A DNA stretch of 64,000 nt from Macrostomum lignano (taxonomy: Eukaryota): positions 49,182 through 113,181 of the forward strand of contig NIVC01000289.1 of NCBI GenBank assembly GCA_002269645.1. Direction: 5' to 3'. Numbering within the stretch: position 1 is the first letter of the stretch; each line of letters begins with the position of its first letter. Of this stretch, positions 11,012-25,300 are shown piece by piece. The translations under genes and the position numbers were made by a program. A model generated the notes under the pieces. The model saw nothing but the letters and a program-made list of their open reading frames with translations, searched no databases and had not been told where the DNA came from.

Positions 11012-13934
11012 CCTGAATGCAGCGCCAGAGCCCAGGGGTGGCACAGATGTTTTCATGCTGCCGCACGGGTTAAGTTAATTTTACGCCGGATGTATTTTAT
11101 TACGTACAGCTGCATATAGTTGTGTAGCTACGAGTATATAGAAACTTCGAAAAGAAAGAATTGAGGATTGAATTCACATACATGTACCATATGGTTTACT
11201 GAGTCTCTAAAATTAATTGTTAACTATTCATTTACATGTGCATGTATACAGTATACATGTACTACATAGCGATAATTATAGCGATGCGATAACAACAATA
11301 TATATATATATTCCTGTCCGGCTCTCCAGCCTATTTCTAAAAAATTGACCGTAGTGCCCTTCTACTTTAGTTTTCCAGTGGCGTGAAAACGAGAGCGTCC
11401 CAGCGACAGATCTGCGCGCTTTGTAAAATATGTACACATTGTTCATTGTATTAGAGAGCAGAATTGGCTTAGCGTGGGTTGTGGGACGATCTTGCCAAAA
11501 ACGTTGCATTAGGATGCCGACAGCGCTTGAGTCATATTATTAATTTTATAAAAGCGATTGTATTTGAAGCTGCTTACGTATTTGAAGCCAATTTTGAGTG
11601 GTCATAAAATCGTTGTATAGATTTTTCGTTACTTGTGCATTGCTTGTGCGATTCATTAGTTTATTTATCTTTTGTGTGAATAAGCTGTATATCAATGCCT
11701 TTAAAAACAAAATGAAACATTAACTCCACGCAATATCGTAAATTTTTGTTAAAACAGATAGCGTTGACCGATTGAAAATAGCACTTTTTTAAGCAAGACG
11801 TGGAGGTTGCCAGCATTCTATACATAATTGATCTTGAAATATAGTTAATAAAAGCCATTGAACTTTGCGTCATTGATTAAAGCGTCAAGAAACTTTGAGG
11901 TTCTCAACACCATTTAAACATTTAATAATGTGGCTATTCTATTTGTAATACTTTATTTGTTACTATAGTTTTGTATTTCTTTTTGACTATTTTATTCTGC
12001 AATTTAGTTTAAAAAAATAGTGCATTAGTTAAGACGAATTTTGTACTCACTGCTTACATTTCGAGGACAAATAATATTAAAGTAAAGTTTACTGCTTCTG
12101 TATCTAAATTTCAAGCATATCTAATACAAAAGATTGGTTAGAATGCAAATAAAAGTTTATTAGCCTAATATAAATAAAATAGGCCTAAATATTATATTGT
12201 ATTGACTCTGTTAGTCTCTGTACTTTTGAAATTTTGTTTAGTCTTAAAACTCAGTTAAAGCTCAAATTTCTTTAAATTTAAAAAAAATACAATAGCCCTT
12301 GGCCTTGGCCTTTATTTTGGATGTCATTGTTTTGTAAACTTGTCTTTTTTGTAAAAAAGATGACATTTTGTTTTATCCTAATGTGAATTTTTAAGCTAGA
12401 TATATTTATAAAAGTTTTTTCTTTCATTCTAGTTTATTTTGATTTTTATTCGTCACATTTTTCATATTTTCATATTTTAATTTAAATGATAATATCTATA
12501 TAAATTAACATTCAATGATTCAAGTAGAAAGTTAGCTGTTTATTGATATTTATTGTTTTTATATTATCATTTTTGACTAGTCTATGCCATGGTTGGAAAG
12601 ATGGCAAAAACAATCTAACAATCTATCTTATGCTTCTAAGCCTATACTCTTTATATATTTTTTCATTAGGCCCCTTAATAGAATTATTTTATAAATTTTT
12701 ATAAAATATCTAAATAGCTTTTGTTTATAAATTATGAAACATTTAAGAATTTAAATTATATGGTAATCAGAAAGAAGGTATGTATGCTAGAAATTTCTAG
12801 AGTACATTAAAGAAATTTGCCATATGTATTGATATACAAAAAAGTCATTTGGGTTTTTGGTATAAAATATATCCTTAAAAATATATTATTACTAATAGTC
12901 ACAATAGTTTTTGACATATATATATATAATTGTAAAATTTGATAGCCCCTTTATCTGAAACTGACTACCCTATTGTTTACAAGGTAAAGTTTTGAAATTT
13001 CAACAAAAATGTCCAAATTCTACTTTTGTTCTTTATATATATTAAATGTTATACAAATATAACTAATACTTTTAGTCTTAACTTTGTCTAATTGAAATTA
13101 AATATAAAATCACTAGTCTAGTCTTAATGTTTAAAAATTGACAATTTATAACTTTGTATAAAATAATAGATTAGGCATTAGAGGTTAGACACTATAGTCT
13201 TATTGATGCACCTACTATGCAGGAACATTTTTTGGTTGCTAAGCAAGTTGCACATGGCGGGCTGCCAGTAATTATGCTTTACATGTGGGCCCATAAGGCC
13301 TTGCAACAATAATAGACCTTTTTGCACCTGCAATAATAAAGGACCTTTTTTATTACAACAATTATATATATTACACAATGAATTTTTTAATTGATATGAA
13401 AAAACAAGACTAGGACTAACATTAAAAAACAATAACCAAATTTTGTAATGCCACCAATGTAATTAATACATGAAAAAAAATTGAAAATGTTTGCTATAAA
13501 TAAACATTTCCTATAAATGTTTATAACATTTAGTATGTATGCAGCGAAACTCTAACAAAAGTAAACAGTTTTACAAAACAAAAAAAATGTATTTGTTACA
13601 TAAAAAAATACAAAAATTGTTGAAACATATATAGGAAAATATTAATTTTTTTAGGAAAAAAAGCATATTTATATTAACAAGACCATTAATTCAGTCTAAT
13701 AAATGTTCAATTTGGTCCTAATAAGCTACACTATTGACTGTCTTGAATCCACTACACATAGCATGCCAATGCATTATTCAAGGCCCCTTTGCATGAGAAT
13801 TTTTACCAAAAAAGGCTTTTATAAGACAGGGTTAGACAATATCAAATTGTTGAGATTTTCAAGACTTGAGATCTTTTGAGATGATTGAGATTCTATATCA
13901 AGATTCAAGATAAGCCTAATTTGTATATAGTAGT

Positions 13935-15035
13935 TGAAGCGGCTCACGTGCGGCAAGATGAAGACCACTTGTCTTTTAATAAAGTGCTGCGGCTGGGCCT
14001 TTTATGGCTCAAGTTTATTTGGGCCATAGACAGTTTGAGCAACAGTGGCTGGCTCTGTCAAAAGTACATGTGTCTGCTACACAACTCCTCCCAGAGCCAG
14101 ACAATGTTGCTCTTGCATTGTGCTTGTCGGGAGCTTAGCTGCTGTGGCAAACGGCTGGGTCGGCAGCGATTACTTTGTCACTAACGCAATGGAAACAACT
14201 GGGTTGGAAAAGGGTCAACAGCAGTGGATGACCGGGTTGGGGCATCTAAATTGGTAATGTGAAACTGTTAGTAGCACAGAAATCAAAAGCGTGCAGAGTA
14301 TTTGGCTGGCTTGATGGCAGGTGTTCAGGGACTGTCCAAAAGTGTGAGCACTTTGCTGTTGATAGATCAAGCTGCGGGCTGGTGGCGTTGTCGAACAGTT
14401 GAGGTCATAGGCACTAGCATCCTCGAGGCCAAGGGCAGCGGCAGCAGTAGATGGTTGTGCTGATAATGATGTTGCTGGTATGTATGCCATTGTGGTGGTG
14501 ATCCATTGGTAGCATGGTAGGGCCTGCAGCGCAGAAAAGTGCATCGATGCTTTGTCCGACATGTCCGCCTGTGCTGCTGGGACAAGGCATTGCCAAGGTG
14601 AGCTGCATTGATGTCATAGTGTCGTGTGGAGCATTGCAAGCAAACTTTGGCAGGCAAGAGCCCCTTACCTGGAGTGCACTGCTCATCTACTGCATAACCG
14701 CAATGACCAGGAATCAGTCATGGTCACTTAGATGCGGCTCTAGTCAGAAGCACTGAGCCGGATGTAGGGATCGAGGTGGCCGATGGCTTTGGCTGGACTC
14801 GGAAAACCTGGTGGCCGAAGCTGTGATGAGACAGCGGGCAAAAAGCTTGAAATACTCAGCTACGGCTGAGTATAGTCGGGCTCACCACTGAAGCAGCTCG
14901 CGTGCGGCGAGATGAAGACCGCTTGTCTTTTAATAAAGAGCTGTGGCTGGGCCTTTTACGGCCCGAGTTTATTTGGGCCATAGACAGTTTGAGCAGCAGT
15001 GGCTGGCTCTGTCAAAATTCCATGTGTCCACTACA
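13935..15035 (-). mobile_element. Internally deleted LTR retrotransposon (TRIM-like, probably Ty3/Gypsy-derived), 1.1 kb
   Basis: Two 147-bp LTRs (13935-14081 and 14889-15035, 133/147 identical) read TGTAG...TTCA on the minus strand and contain AATAAA. A PBS-like TGGTGAGCCCGAC follows the 5' LTR and a PPT GGGAGGAG precedes the 3' LTR. Gag-like relics KAIGHLDPY and HCGY..C....KVCLQC are present. Flanks are TAGT/TAGG. Confidence 0.85.
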
Positions 15036-16954
15036 TAGGCCTATTAACATTATTTTAATTTATCTATGTTAATGTTGTTACTTATTATATATATACAATG
15101 ATAATAAAAGAAATAAAACCAATAAATATTTAATATTGAGCTTATTAATAACTTAATATAAGGCCTATATCGAATGTAAGTATGATACTGAATAATATTG
15201 GCAAGCTTCTAGATAGAGCAGTTTATAGATAAATGAATTTAGTAGGCCTAGCTAAAGCCATAGATAGAGCAATATAACAGGCAATAAAAGTAGCAATAGA
15301 TGGAATGGTAAATAGAGCAGTAGATAAAGTGATAGATAGAGCAGTAAATAAAGTGATATCTAGACTAGTAGATAAAGTGATTGAACAATAGAGGATAAAG
15401 CATTTTCTAATGCCATTTTAATCCCTTTTGGCCATAGACATCATTTTCTACTATGGCACTACCACTATATTGCAGCACTGATTCAAACTTAAAATTAATA
15501 TCAAGAAACAAACTGCCAAAATATTATAGTCACAAATAGTGATTATTGCAAATCTTGACTTTTTTGAAATCCTAAAACCAAGATTAAGATAAAAAAATGC
15601 CAAGATCTTCACAATTAAGATTAAAATTGATATCTTGTCTGACCCTTATAATTTATGGCATATATCAGTGTAGATCATAAATATATATATTGTGATTATG
15701 TATCAAAACAATCATCCTTTAATATCCTTTATATTATCCTTTATTATGCTATTATTTTCCATGGCAAAGGCTTCATTTTTAACTATAAATATTATGTTTT
15801 GTGTTACAAAACTTTAAATTGACATTTTTTGTTTTTTTAGAAATAAAAGTTATAATATATACTAACATTTATTAATTTCAAAAACCTTTGAAAAAGCTTA
15901 AAAGTAACATTTATATTAGGACTATGCCATAGTCAAGAACATGTCTACTGTACATCAGAACATTTTTGGACAAAAATGCACCAAGAAAGGATACCCTATC
16001 CTCCAAAATTTAGTTATTATTCATTAGTTGTCATTATAACTACTTCTACCACTTCTTCTAATTATAGCCATATCCCTAATAAAAAAGCAGTATAAATTAG
16101 ATGATTTACCATTTTGGGTCAACCACCTTGCTGGCTATCAATATCTATGCCCAACTTTGAAATTTCACTTAGCCAATATGATTTAGTTTTCCCAAAAATT
16201 GCAACTTAGCTTGCCTCTAGTTGCCCTTCAGTTGCCTCTGGTTACAATTTAGTTACCTCTAGCTACAGCTAATATTACCTCTATATATTCTTTGTTTTTG
16301 TCTATTTCCCTGTATTTTTTCTTTCTTGCCTCTTTTTATTTTTTTCCTATATCCCCCTCTTTTTTGTCCAATTCTTTGGGTTGGCATTTTTGCAACTTGA
16401 AAAACCTTGAAAAAATAACTTACCAAATTGGCTGGCTTAGCCAAGTGTAGGGCAGCAGGATGGAATTCTTGTTCAGAGAAAGGGAAATGCGTGCGCATGT
16501 TTTTGGAGCAGCATGCAAGTGCGCACGCCAGCTAAAAATAAGAGAACTTGAGCGCGCATAACCATGTTGTATGCAAATTTTATCAAATTTTAACAATCTA
16601 AGTATTTTGTGTACATTTGCTACTATTTTTGCTTTTCAATTATGCAATTACGGGTAAGGCAACAAAAAAGAAAATGACACATTTTATATTCATAAAAATA
16701 ATATTGCTTTGTATATTTTTGAGTACATGTATACAACTGTATATTTTTGTTTTAATAAGAACTTTTAATTGTTTAGAAAAAGAGAAAAACTTGCATAAAT
16801 GACAATTTTAGTACAGTAGGTTTTTTATCATATTTAGTATAGTTTGATTGATGTATATTGTCGCGGAATTCAAATCGAAATGTAGCATTTCATTACATGT
16901 TTAATTAAAATAATGATTTTTCTTTGCCTTTCCTGCAAGTTACATGTAGCTATA

Positions 16955-17199
16955 CAGTGGCAGATCTAGTTTTTTTTGGTGGGCAGTCTAAGTTTTGGGC
17001 ACCAACACAAGTATAAGGGTGCCAATTTAGGGCCCAAAAAGGTGTATAGGGGGTGATAAGATATAAGCTTAGGGCACAAAAATAGTGTTTTGGGGCGAAA
17101 ATCAAGTTTAGGGGGGGTGCTAACTTAGGTTTTTTTGGGGGTGCACTATGTTCTGTCAGGCTAATTATTTTAGGGATGCCCCCCCCAATTCCGCCCTTG
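16955..17199. mobile_element. hAT-like MITE
   Basis: Imperfect TIRs CAGTGGCAGATCT / AATTCCGCCCTTG; 8-bp flanks TAGCTATA / TAGCTAGA (7/8). Confidence 0.65.
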
Positions 17200-19366
17200 T
17201 AGCTAGATGTACATTCAACCCTCTCTATGCTGCGTCATCCCACCTTCAATTCTGTCCTTTTCTCTCTGGCCTGCATGCCTAGGTACAAGTACAAACCTCC
17301 ACTCTTGTTTTTCTATCTGCCCCGCACTTCATGTACGCTAGGCCTATTATTAGTGTCCCATCATTCTAAAATTCAAGACAAATATAAGTTTTGTTGCACT
17401 AAGCGTGCTGGTGGGCTTGTCTGTTTGTGGGTATTGCCTGTGAGAGTGCTGTAATTGTTTACGCATTATATAGCATATGATTTATTGAGTCAAACTTCTT
17501 GACAAGTAATTGTACATGCATTTTGGTTCCTTTCAACTTGTGTATAAATGCTAGTCAGATGTTACAGTCGGCATTACACAAGGTGGCCCAACTGTGGTTT
17601 AACATAATTTTTTTGGCACTGAACTATGCTTCTAAACCCACTATTTAAATATCCAGGGATGGTACGTAGATCATATGCAAGTGGACATGCCACAATCTTT
17701 AAATACTTAAGACACGATTTTGTTGACTAAATGTTAGATTATAGAGCTAATGGGTGGGAGGCACCAATTGATCTTTGTTTGCAACTGCAAGGCTTTATTT
17801 TTTGCCTCCCCACCACCTGTGTCCAGTGCAACGTCAAGAAGAATGCAAACAGCTTGACCAGCTTCTTCAAAGACTAGTTGAACTGTGTATAATTGTTTTA
17901 TAAGTGCTGCCTCATCCAGAATACAGCTGTCATAATAGCGTACATCAGTTTCAACTTTAAAAACCTGCTGGAGGTGCAAATTCTCTTCAATTTTTATGGA
18001 ATTAATGATTTGGCCCTTAATTGGCTTTTTGACTTGGAACATACAAGTCACTATATCCCATACAGAGCAAGGTTACCCCAAAAGAGGGATTCAATAACAT
18101 TCTTGTACTTTATATGTATGTAACTATGGTTTCCAAGTATCAGTTCCAAAAATACGAGTAATATCCTTTTCATATATTCTCTTTTATATATGGTAGTTTT
18201 ACCTATATAAATAATATTCTGATTACAAAAGCATTAAAATTTATAAATGACACCTGCTTATTAAAAACCTGATTAAACACTTTGATAAGGCTATTTTTGT
18301 AGTGTAGAGAAGCAGACCCACACTAGAACCATATAAAGAAGTAGAGATATAAGTGTGATCTGTCATTGGATTTTTCTTTCTTTTTCTTTATTCGATTGTA
18401 TATTTATATAATAAAATCTATACACTAGTTTTGTACTGTCTGTCTGTCTTTGATTTTTTTGACAACCATCAGGCTATTTTTTTCAAATTGTAATTATTTA
18501 GCAATCATGCATAACTTTTTTGATAAAAAATTCAAATTGAAAGTGGGTAAAATATTTGAAAACAATTTTTTTATGCTTTCAATTGGCATTGTTTCTAAAT
18601 TAAATTGTTCAGTTCAACCATTTAGGCCTCTTCCTGGCCTTAGTATGTACATTAACAATAAAGCTAAGAAGTTTTTTGGCCCCTCATGTGGCAAGTTCAC
18701 CATTTACCAGTCTAATAGACACACAATAAAGGAGGGGGTAGGGGTTTAAAGCTGGCCTGAAATGCATGCATTGTGCATATTTTATTGACCCCCAAAAACT
18801 GCTCTGATCTTGTTTGTGTTATTTTACAACACATGGTAGCACAGTTGCAGATAGTGGCAAGCTAGTAGGCCCAACTAATTCAGATTCATTTGGCAAATTG
18901 GTATTTAAATTTATACTAATTGGAAATGGGTCAAATATAAAAAAACAATGTTTTCTAATGATTTCATTGTTTGAAGTCTGAATTTAGGGCTTAGTGCATA
19001 TTAGGCATATATTTAGTAGTGCACTAGTAAATAATAAATATATAGGATACATTATTATAGTACATTCTAATTTATTTTATAAATATAGTACATTCTAAAT
19101 ATAGTAAATATAGTAAATTATAGTACTTTCACAGGGTTGTACTATAACTATAATACTAATTAATTAATTTCAGTCTTAAGTCCAACGCTCTAACTAACCA
19201 CTAGGCTATGAATTATCAATACCATAAAAATTCAAAAAGTATTTCAAATCTTGTTTGAAGTTATTCTTAAAGTGCATGCGAACTAGTTATTCTCATGTAT
19301 GATAAATCTACTAAAACTTAACAATTGCTGCCTGCAGACATCAGCTGTAATAAAAATTGCGACACC

Positions 19367-22300
19367 ATGCTTCGGCCTGGCAACAAAAAGAAACGCCGTA
19401 TCCTGATGCTCGACCAGCTTCCCTCGGTTATTCTCGCTCGAGTATTTTCCTATTTGAACCAGCAGACCCTGCTAGAGTGCATGCTAGTGTGCAAGTCATG
19501 GCACAAATTGATATTAAGCGAACCGCAGTGCTGGCGCTCGCTGAGAATTTGCACTAGCGATCTGACCGATGCTTTAGTTGGACAACTGTGCACCGGAGTC
19601 TGTCCGGGACTTGTCAGGTTAGAGATCTACTCAGCTGATTGGCCAGAGCCACCACAGCAGCCAGGGCTGGATCGCAATGCTAGGAAAGCGCTTGTTAGGC
19701 GCCTGTTCAAGTCTTCGGAATCATTGAAATCGTTCAGTTTAAGACTGTGCTGTTGTAGGCATAGTAATGCTATAAAGGTATGATATGTAGAGTTTGATAT
19801 TCTCATTTTATTGAGTATTGATGCCAAATATTTTCTAGATAGTCTAGGAATTATCTAAACATATCATTAGCAATCATCCATAAATCTCACTAAGAACTTT
19901 TTAAAAATCTCAATGAGAATCGCCTGAAAATCTCGTTGAGAATCGTCTGAAAACCTCATTGAAAATCGTCTAAAAATCTCAATGAGAATGGTCTGAGAAT
20001 CTCAATGAGAATCATTTAAAATCTCATTAAGAATCGTCCTAAAATCTCAGTGAGAATCGTCTGATAATCTCATAGAGAATCGTCTAAAAATCTCAGTAAA
20101 AATCGTCTGAGAATCTGATTGAAAATCGTCTAAAAATCTCAATGAGAATCATTTAAAAATCTCATTGATAATCGTCTGAGAATCTCAATGAGAATCGTCT
20201 TAAAATCTCAATGAGAATCGTCTGAAAATCTCAGTGAGAATCGTCTGAGAATCTCAATGAGAATCATTTAAAATCTCATTAGGAATCGTCCTAAAATCTC
20301 AGTGAGAATCGTCTGATAATCTCATAGAGAATCGTCTAAAAATCTCAGTAAAAATCGTCTGAGAATCTGATTGAAAATCGTCTAAAAATCTCAATGAGAA
20401 TCATTTAAAAATCTCATTGATAATCGTCTGAGAATCTCAATGAGAATCGTCTTAAAATCTCAATGAGAATCGTCTGAAAATCTCAGTGAGAATCGTCTGA
20501 GAATCTCAATGAGAATCGTCTAAAAATCTCATTGAGAATCGCCTGAAAATCTCAGTGAGAATCGTCTGAGAATCTCATTGAGAATCGTCTGATAATCTTA
20601 ATGAGAATCGTCTTATAAATCTTGCTAAGAAATCGTCTTAAAATCTCACTGACAATGTCCCTTAATCTCTAGAGAACATTAGACAAATCTTTGGAAGACT
20701 GTCTTTAATCGTTTTTAAAATCTTCTACCAAACAGACAAGTCGGTCCGGCAGTGTCAGCGGCGGCGGCACCAGTGTCGATTGGCTGTCGCCCGACACCAT
20801 TCTGAGTCAGCTGGCGCGCAAAGGCGGTCGCGCTAGCACGCTGTATTCACTGACGCTGCGCGCCGAACGGCTGACAGATTCAGGAGTGAAAAAACTCACC
20901 GGCGGTGCCGGGTGCGCGCAGCTGCGGCGGCTGCACCTGACGGCCTGTCATCGGCTGACTGACTCGGCCCTGGCTGGCCTGACCGCATCTGCGCCTTTGC
21001 TGCACTGCCTGCACATTGTTGACTGTCCGCTGGTGAGCACCGGGCTGGGGAGACGCAGCGGTGCTTGTTTCCACTGATTTTTATAGTCACATGTTACAGC
21101 CTCTTACATCTTCAGATTGAGCTCTCATTACTGATTCTCAGTTGCTGAGCCCATCTCCCAGATCCTCAGTTGCTGAGCCCATCTCCCAGATCCTCAGTTG
21201 CTGAGCCCATCTCCCAGATCCTCAGTTGCTGAGCCCATCTCCCAGATCCTCATTTGCTGAGCCAGTCTCCCAGATCCTCGAATGCTGAACCAATCTCCCA
21301 GATCCTCAGTTGCTGAGCCCATCTCCCAGATCCTCAGTTGCTGAGCCCATCTTCCAGATCCTCAGTTGCTGAGCCCATCTCCCAGATCCTCAGTTGCTGT
21401 GCCCATCTCCCAGATCCTCAGTTGCTGAGCCCATCTCCCAGATCCTCAGTTGCTGAGCCCATCCCCCAGATCCTCAGTTGCTGAGCCCATCTCCCAGATC
21501 CTCAGTTGCTGAGCCCATCTCCCAGATCCTCAGTTGCTGAGCCCATCTCCCAGATCCTCAGTTGCTGAGCCCATCTTCCAGATCCTCAGTTGCTGAGCCC
21601 ATCTCCCAGATCCTCAGTTGCTGGGCCAGCCTCCCAAATCCTCAGTTACTGGGCAGCCTCCCAGCCCCCAGACTTGCTACGAGTACTAATGCCATTAAAC
21701 TGTCAGATCCTCGAACTACCTGATCCCCAAACTTTCACATCACAGAACTCACTAAGACTTTCCACGCGACTCTCATCAGTATCTACAGTGGATGCAACAA
21801 TCACGCACAACCGCCCCCCCCCCGCTCCTCCAGATATCTGAGCGCGGGCTGCAGCGCCTATCCAGTGGCCGCGGCAAAGATGGCGGAAACGCGGCCTGCT
21901 GCCTTCGCGAGCTGACTTTTGCCGGTCAGCACCGGCTGGCGGATCAGGCCAAGGCCGCCCGCGTTATCGGCGACATCGGCAGCTGCCTTGAACGATTGTC
22001 TTTGGACAGCTGCTCGCCGCACTGCACCCTGTCCTGTGATCAGTCTATGCTGGGCGGATTCCAGTGCCTGACTCAGCTGAGACTGACGGCTCTGTGCTTC
22101 ATTGGCGATCCGGGGCTCGCGGTGCTGGCCAAGTGCTGTCCTGGTGAGTCATTAGCGCAGTCACTTTCCTGTGCTGCTGGTTGCTCGGTTATGCGGTTAT
22201 GGGTCTTGGGGATCTGGGAGGCAGTGGCCCAGCAACAGAAGATCTGGGAAGCTGGTGGCCCAGCAACTGAGGATCTGGGAGGCTGGTGGCACAGCAACTG

Positions 22301-25300
22301 AGAATCTGGGAGGCTGGTGGCCCAGCAACTGAGGATCTGGGAGGCTGGTGGCACAGCAACTAAGAATCTGGGAGGCTGGTGGCACAGCAACTGAGGATCT
22401 GGGAGGCTGGTGGCACAGCAACTAAGAATCTGGGAGGCTGGTGGCACAGCAACTGAGAATCTGGGAGGCTGGTGGCACAGCAACTGAGGATCTGTGAGGC
22501 TGGCCCAGCAACTGAGGATCTGGGAGGCTGGTGGCACAGCAACTAAGGATCTGGGAGGCTGGCCCAGAAGCTGAGGGTCTGGGAGGCTGGCCAAGAAGCT
22601 GAGGATCTGGGAGGCTGGCCCAGAAGCTGAGGATCTGGGATGCTGGACCAGTAACTGAGGATCTGGGAGGCTGGCCCAGCAACTGAGGATCTGGGAGGCT
22701 GGCCCAGCAACTGAGGATCTGGGATGCTGGACCAGCAACTGAGGATCTGGGAGGCTGGCCCAGCAACTGAGGATCTGGGAGGCTGGCCCAGCAACTGAGA
22801 ATCTGGGAAGCTGGACCAGCAACTGAGGATCTAGGAGGCTGGCCCAGAAGCTGAGAATCTGGGAGGCTGGCCCACTGCAGCCAATGCGTTACACATTACC
22901 ATATCCAAATTGCACTGTACCGCAAGGCCTTCGCATCCTGGAGCTGCTCTGCGGCCCCACTAATCACTGCATCACGGACCTGGGCGCAGCAGTATTGGCC
23001 TCAGTCGCAGTCAGCCACAGGACAGCTGCGGCAGCGTCAGCCGCGGTTTCGCCGCCAGCTGCTGAGTCAACTGGCCTGCAAGAGCTCACCCTGCCGTGCA
23101 ATCTGCTCACGCCTAAAGGTTACCACAGCCTGGGCAGTCTGGGACCGGGCCTAGCTAAACTGTGCCTGAGGTACTGCTCAGCCGGTGCAGACCGGGGCAT
23201 GGCCACGATGCCTCTGAGCCTGACTGGATTGCGGCATCTGGAGGCCACCGCCTCGGCCAGATGCGGTGGCGAAGAGGCTGCCCTTTTCGCCGGACTAGAG
23301 ATGACTCGTCTAGTGGAATGTTGCGCCAGTAATCTGCGGATACTTCGAGTGGTGTCCAATTGCGATCAGCACGGAGCCGGAGGCGGAGGCGGCAACGGCT
23401 CTGTGGGCTTGGGCCCGGCTGCGCTGGCTAAAGCGGCCGCACGGTTGAGCTTAGCGGAACTTCGCGAGCTCACTCTGTCCCCGTGCGACTCGCTAACTGA
23501 GACTTGCGTAGCTCAACTGTTGCGGGCCTGTCCCCAGCTTAGGCACGTTAGCCTGGGACCTGATATTAAGGTGAGAGGTTTATTTTTTGATTTAGTTGCA
23601 CTTTCTTAATGCCATATCCCATCCCTAATCGGTAGATTCCATCCCTAATCCGTAGTTTCCATCCCTAATCCGTAGATTCCATTCCCAAACGACTGATCCC
23701 ATCCCTAATCAACTGATCCCATCCCTAATCGGCATATCCCATCCCTAATCGGTAGATTCCATTACCAAACGACTGATCCCATCCCTAATCCACTGATCCC
23801 ATCCCCAATCCACTGATCCCATCCCTAATCCACTGATCCCATCCCTAATCGGCATATCCCATCCCTAATCGGTAGATTCCATTACCAAACGACTGATCCC
23901 ATCCCTAATCCACTAATCCAATCCCTAATCGACTGATCCCATTCCTAATCGACTGATCCCATTCCTAATCGACTGATCCCATTCCTAATCGACTGATCCC
24001 ATCCCTAATCGACTGATCCCATCCCTAATCGACTGATCCCATTCCTAATCGACTGATCCCATTCCTAATCGACTGATCCCATACCTTATCGAGTGATTCC
24101 ACCCTCATAACTTAGATTCCACTCTTACAGAGACCGATCGTTTTCGTATTAGCCAGATCCCATTCCTAATCGACTGATCCCATACCTTATCGAGTGATTC
24201 CACCCTCATAACTTAGATTCCACTCTTACAGAGACCGATAGTTTTCGTATTAGCCAGATCCCATTCTCATTAGCCAGATCCCATTCTCATTAGCCAGATC
24301 CCATCCTCATTAGCCAGATCCCATTCTCATTAGCCAGATCCCATCCTCATTAGCCAGATCACATCCTGATTAGCCAGATTCCATTCTCATTAGCCAGATC
24401 CCATCCTCATTAGCCAGATCCCATCCTCATTAGCCAGATCCCATCCTGATTAGCCAGATTCCATTCTCATTAGCCAGATCCCATTCTCATTAGCCAGATC
24501 CCATCCTCATTAGCCAGATCCCATTCTCATTAGCCAGATCCCATTCTCATTAGCCAGATCCCATCCTGATTAGCCAGATTCCATTCTCATTAGCCAGATC
24601 CCATTCTCATTAGCCAGATTCTATCGTTAGCCAGATCCCATTCTCATTAGCTAGATCCCATTATCCCAATTAGCCAGATCCCAATATCCCAAATAGCCAG
24701 ATCCCATTATCCCAATTAGCCAGATACCATTATCTCAATTAGCCAGATCCCATTATCCCAATTGGCCAGATCCCATTACCCCAATTAGCCAGATTCCATT
24801 ATCCTAATTAGCCAGATCCCATTATCCCAATTAGCCAGATGTCATCTTAATTAGCCAGATGCCATCCCTATTAGCCAGATGCCATCCCTATTAGCCAGAT
24901 GCCATCCCAATTAGCCAGACCCTATCCTCATGTGCCAGACCCCATCCTTAATAGCCATACCCCAACCCCCCAAACAACCGCATTTGTGCGCAGGTAAGCC
25001 AGGTATCCATCAGGCTGATGATCCGCGACACAAACCTGTCAATTGTTCGGCCCCTAATTGGCTGGTACCTTCGCTCCGACACAATCTGCTACCGGGACCT
25101 GCTGCATCTGGAACTGATACAAGCCATTCGACCGGAAAGATTTTGCTTCATAACGGACAACTTGTTGACCTTTATTGGTCAGAGGTGTCCGAGTCTGAGA
25201 CTGTTGAGATTGGAACCGTGCACTCTAGTCACTGATCAGGGTATTAGGATGCTGGCTCCTTGTCGGAGACTGCAACGACTGCATCTGAGCGGCTGTGAGC

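Noticed and set aside
13827-15647. Outer TIR element enclosing the mini-LTR element (CAGGGTTAGACAA / TTGTCTGACCCTT)
   Set aside because: The inverted match is short and imperfect and no TSD is recoverable; possible but unsupported.
17734-18051. 105-aa minus-strand ORF
   Set aside because: No recognisable motif, start context or splice partners.
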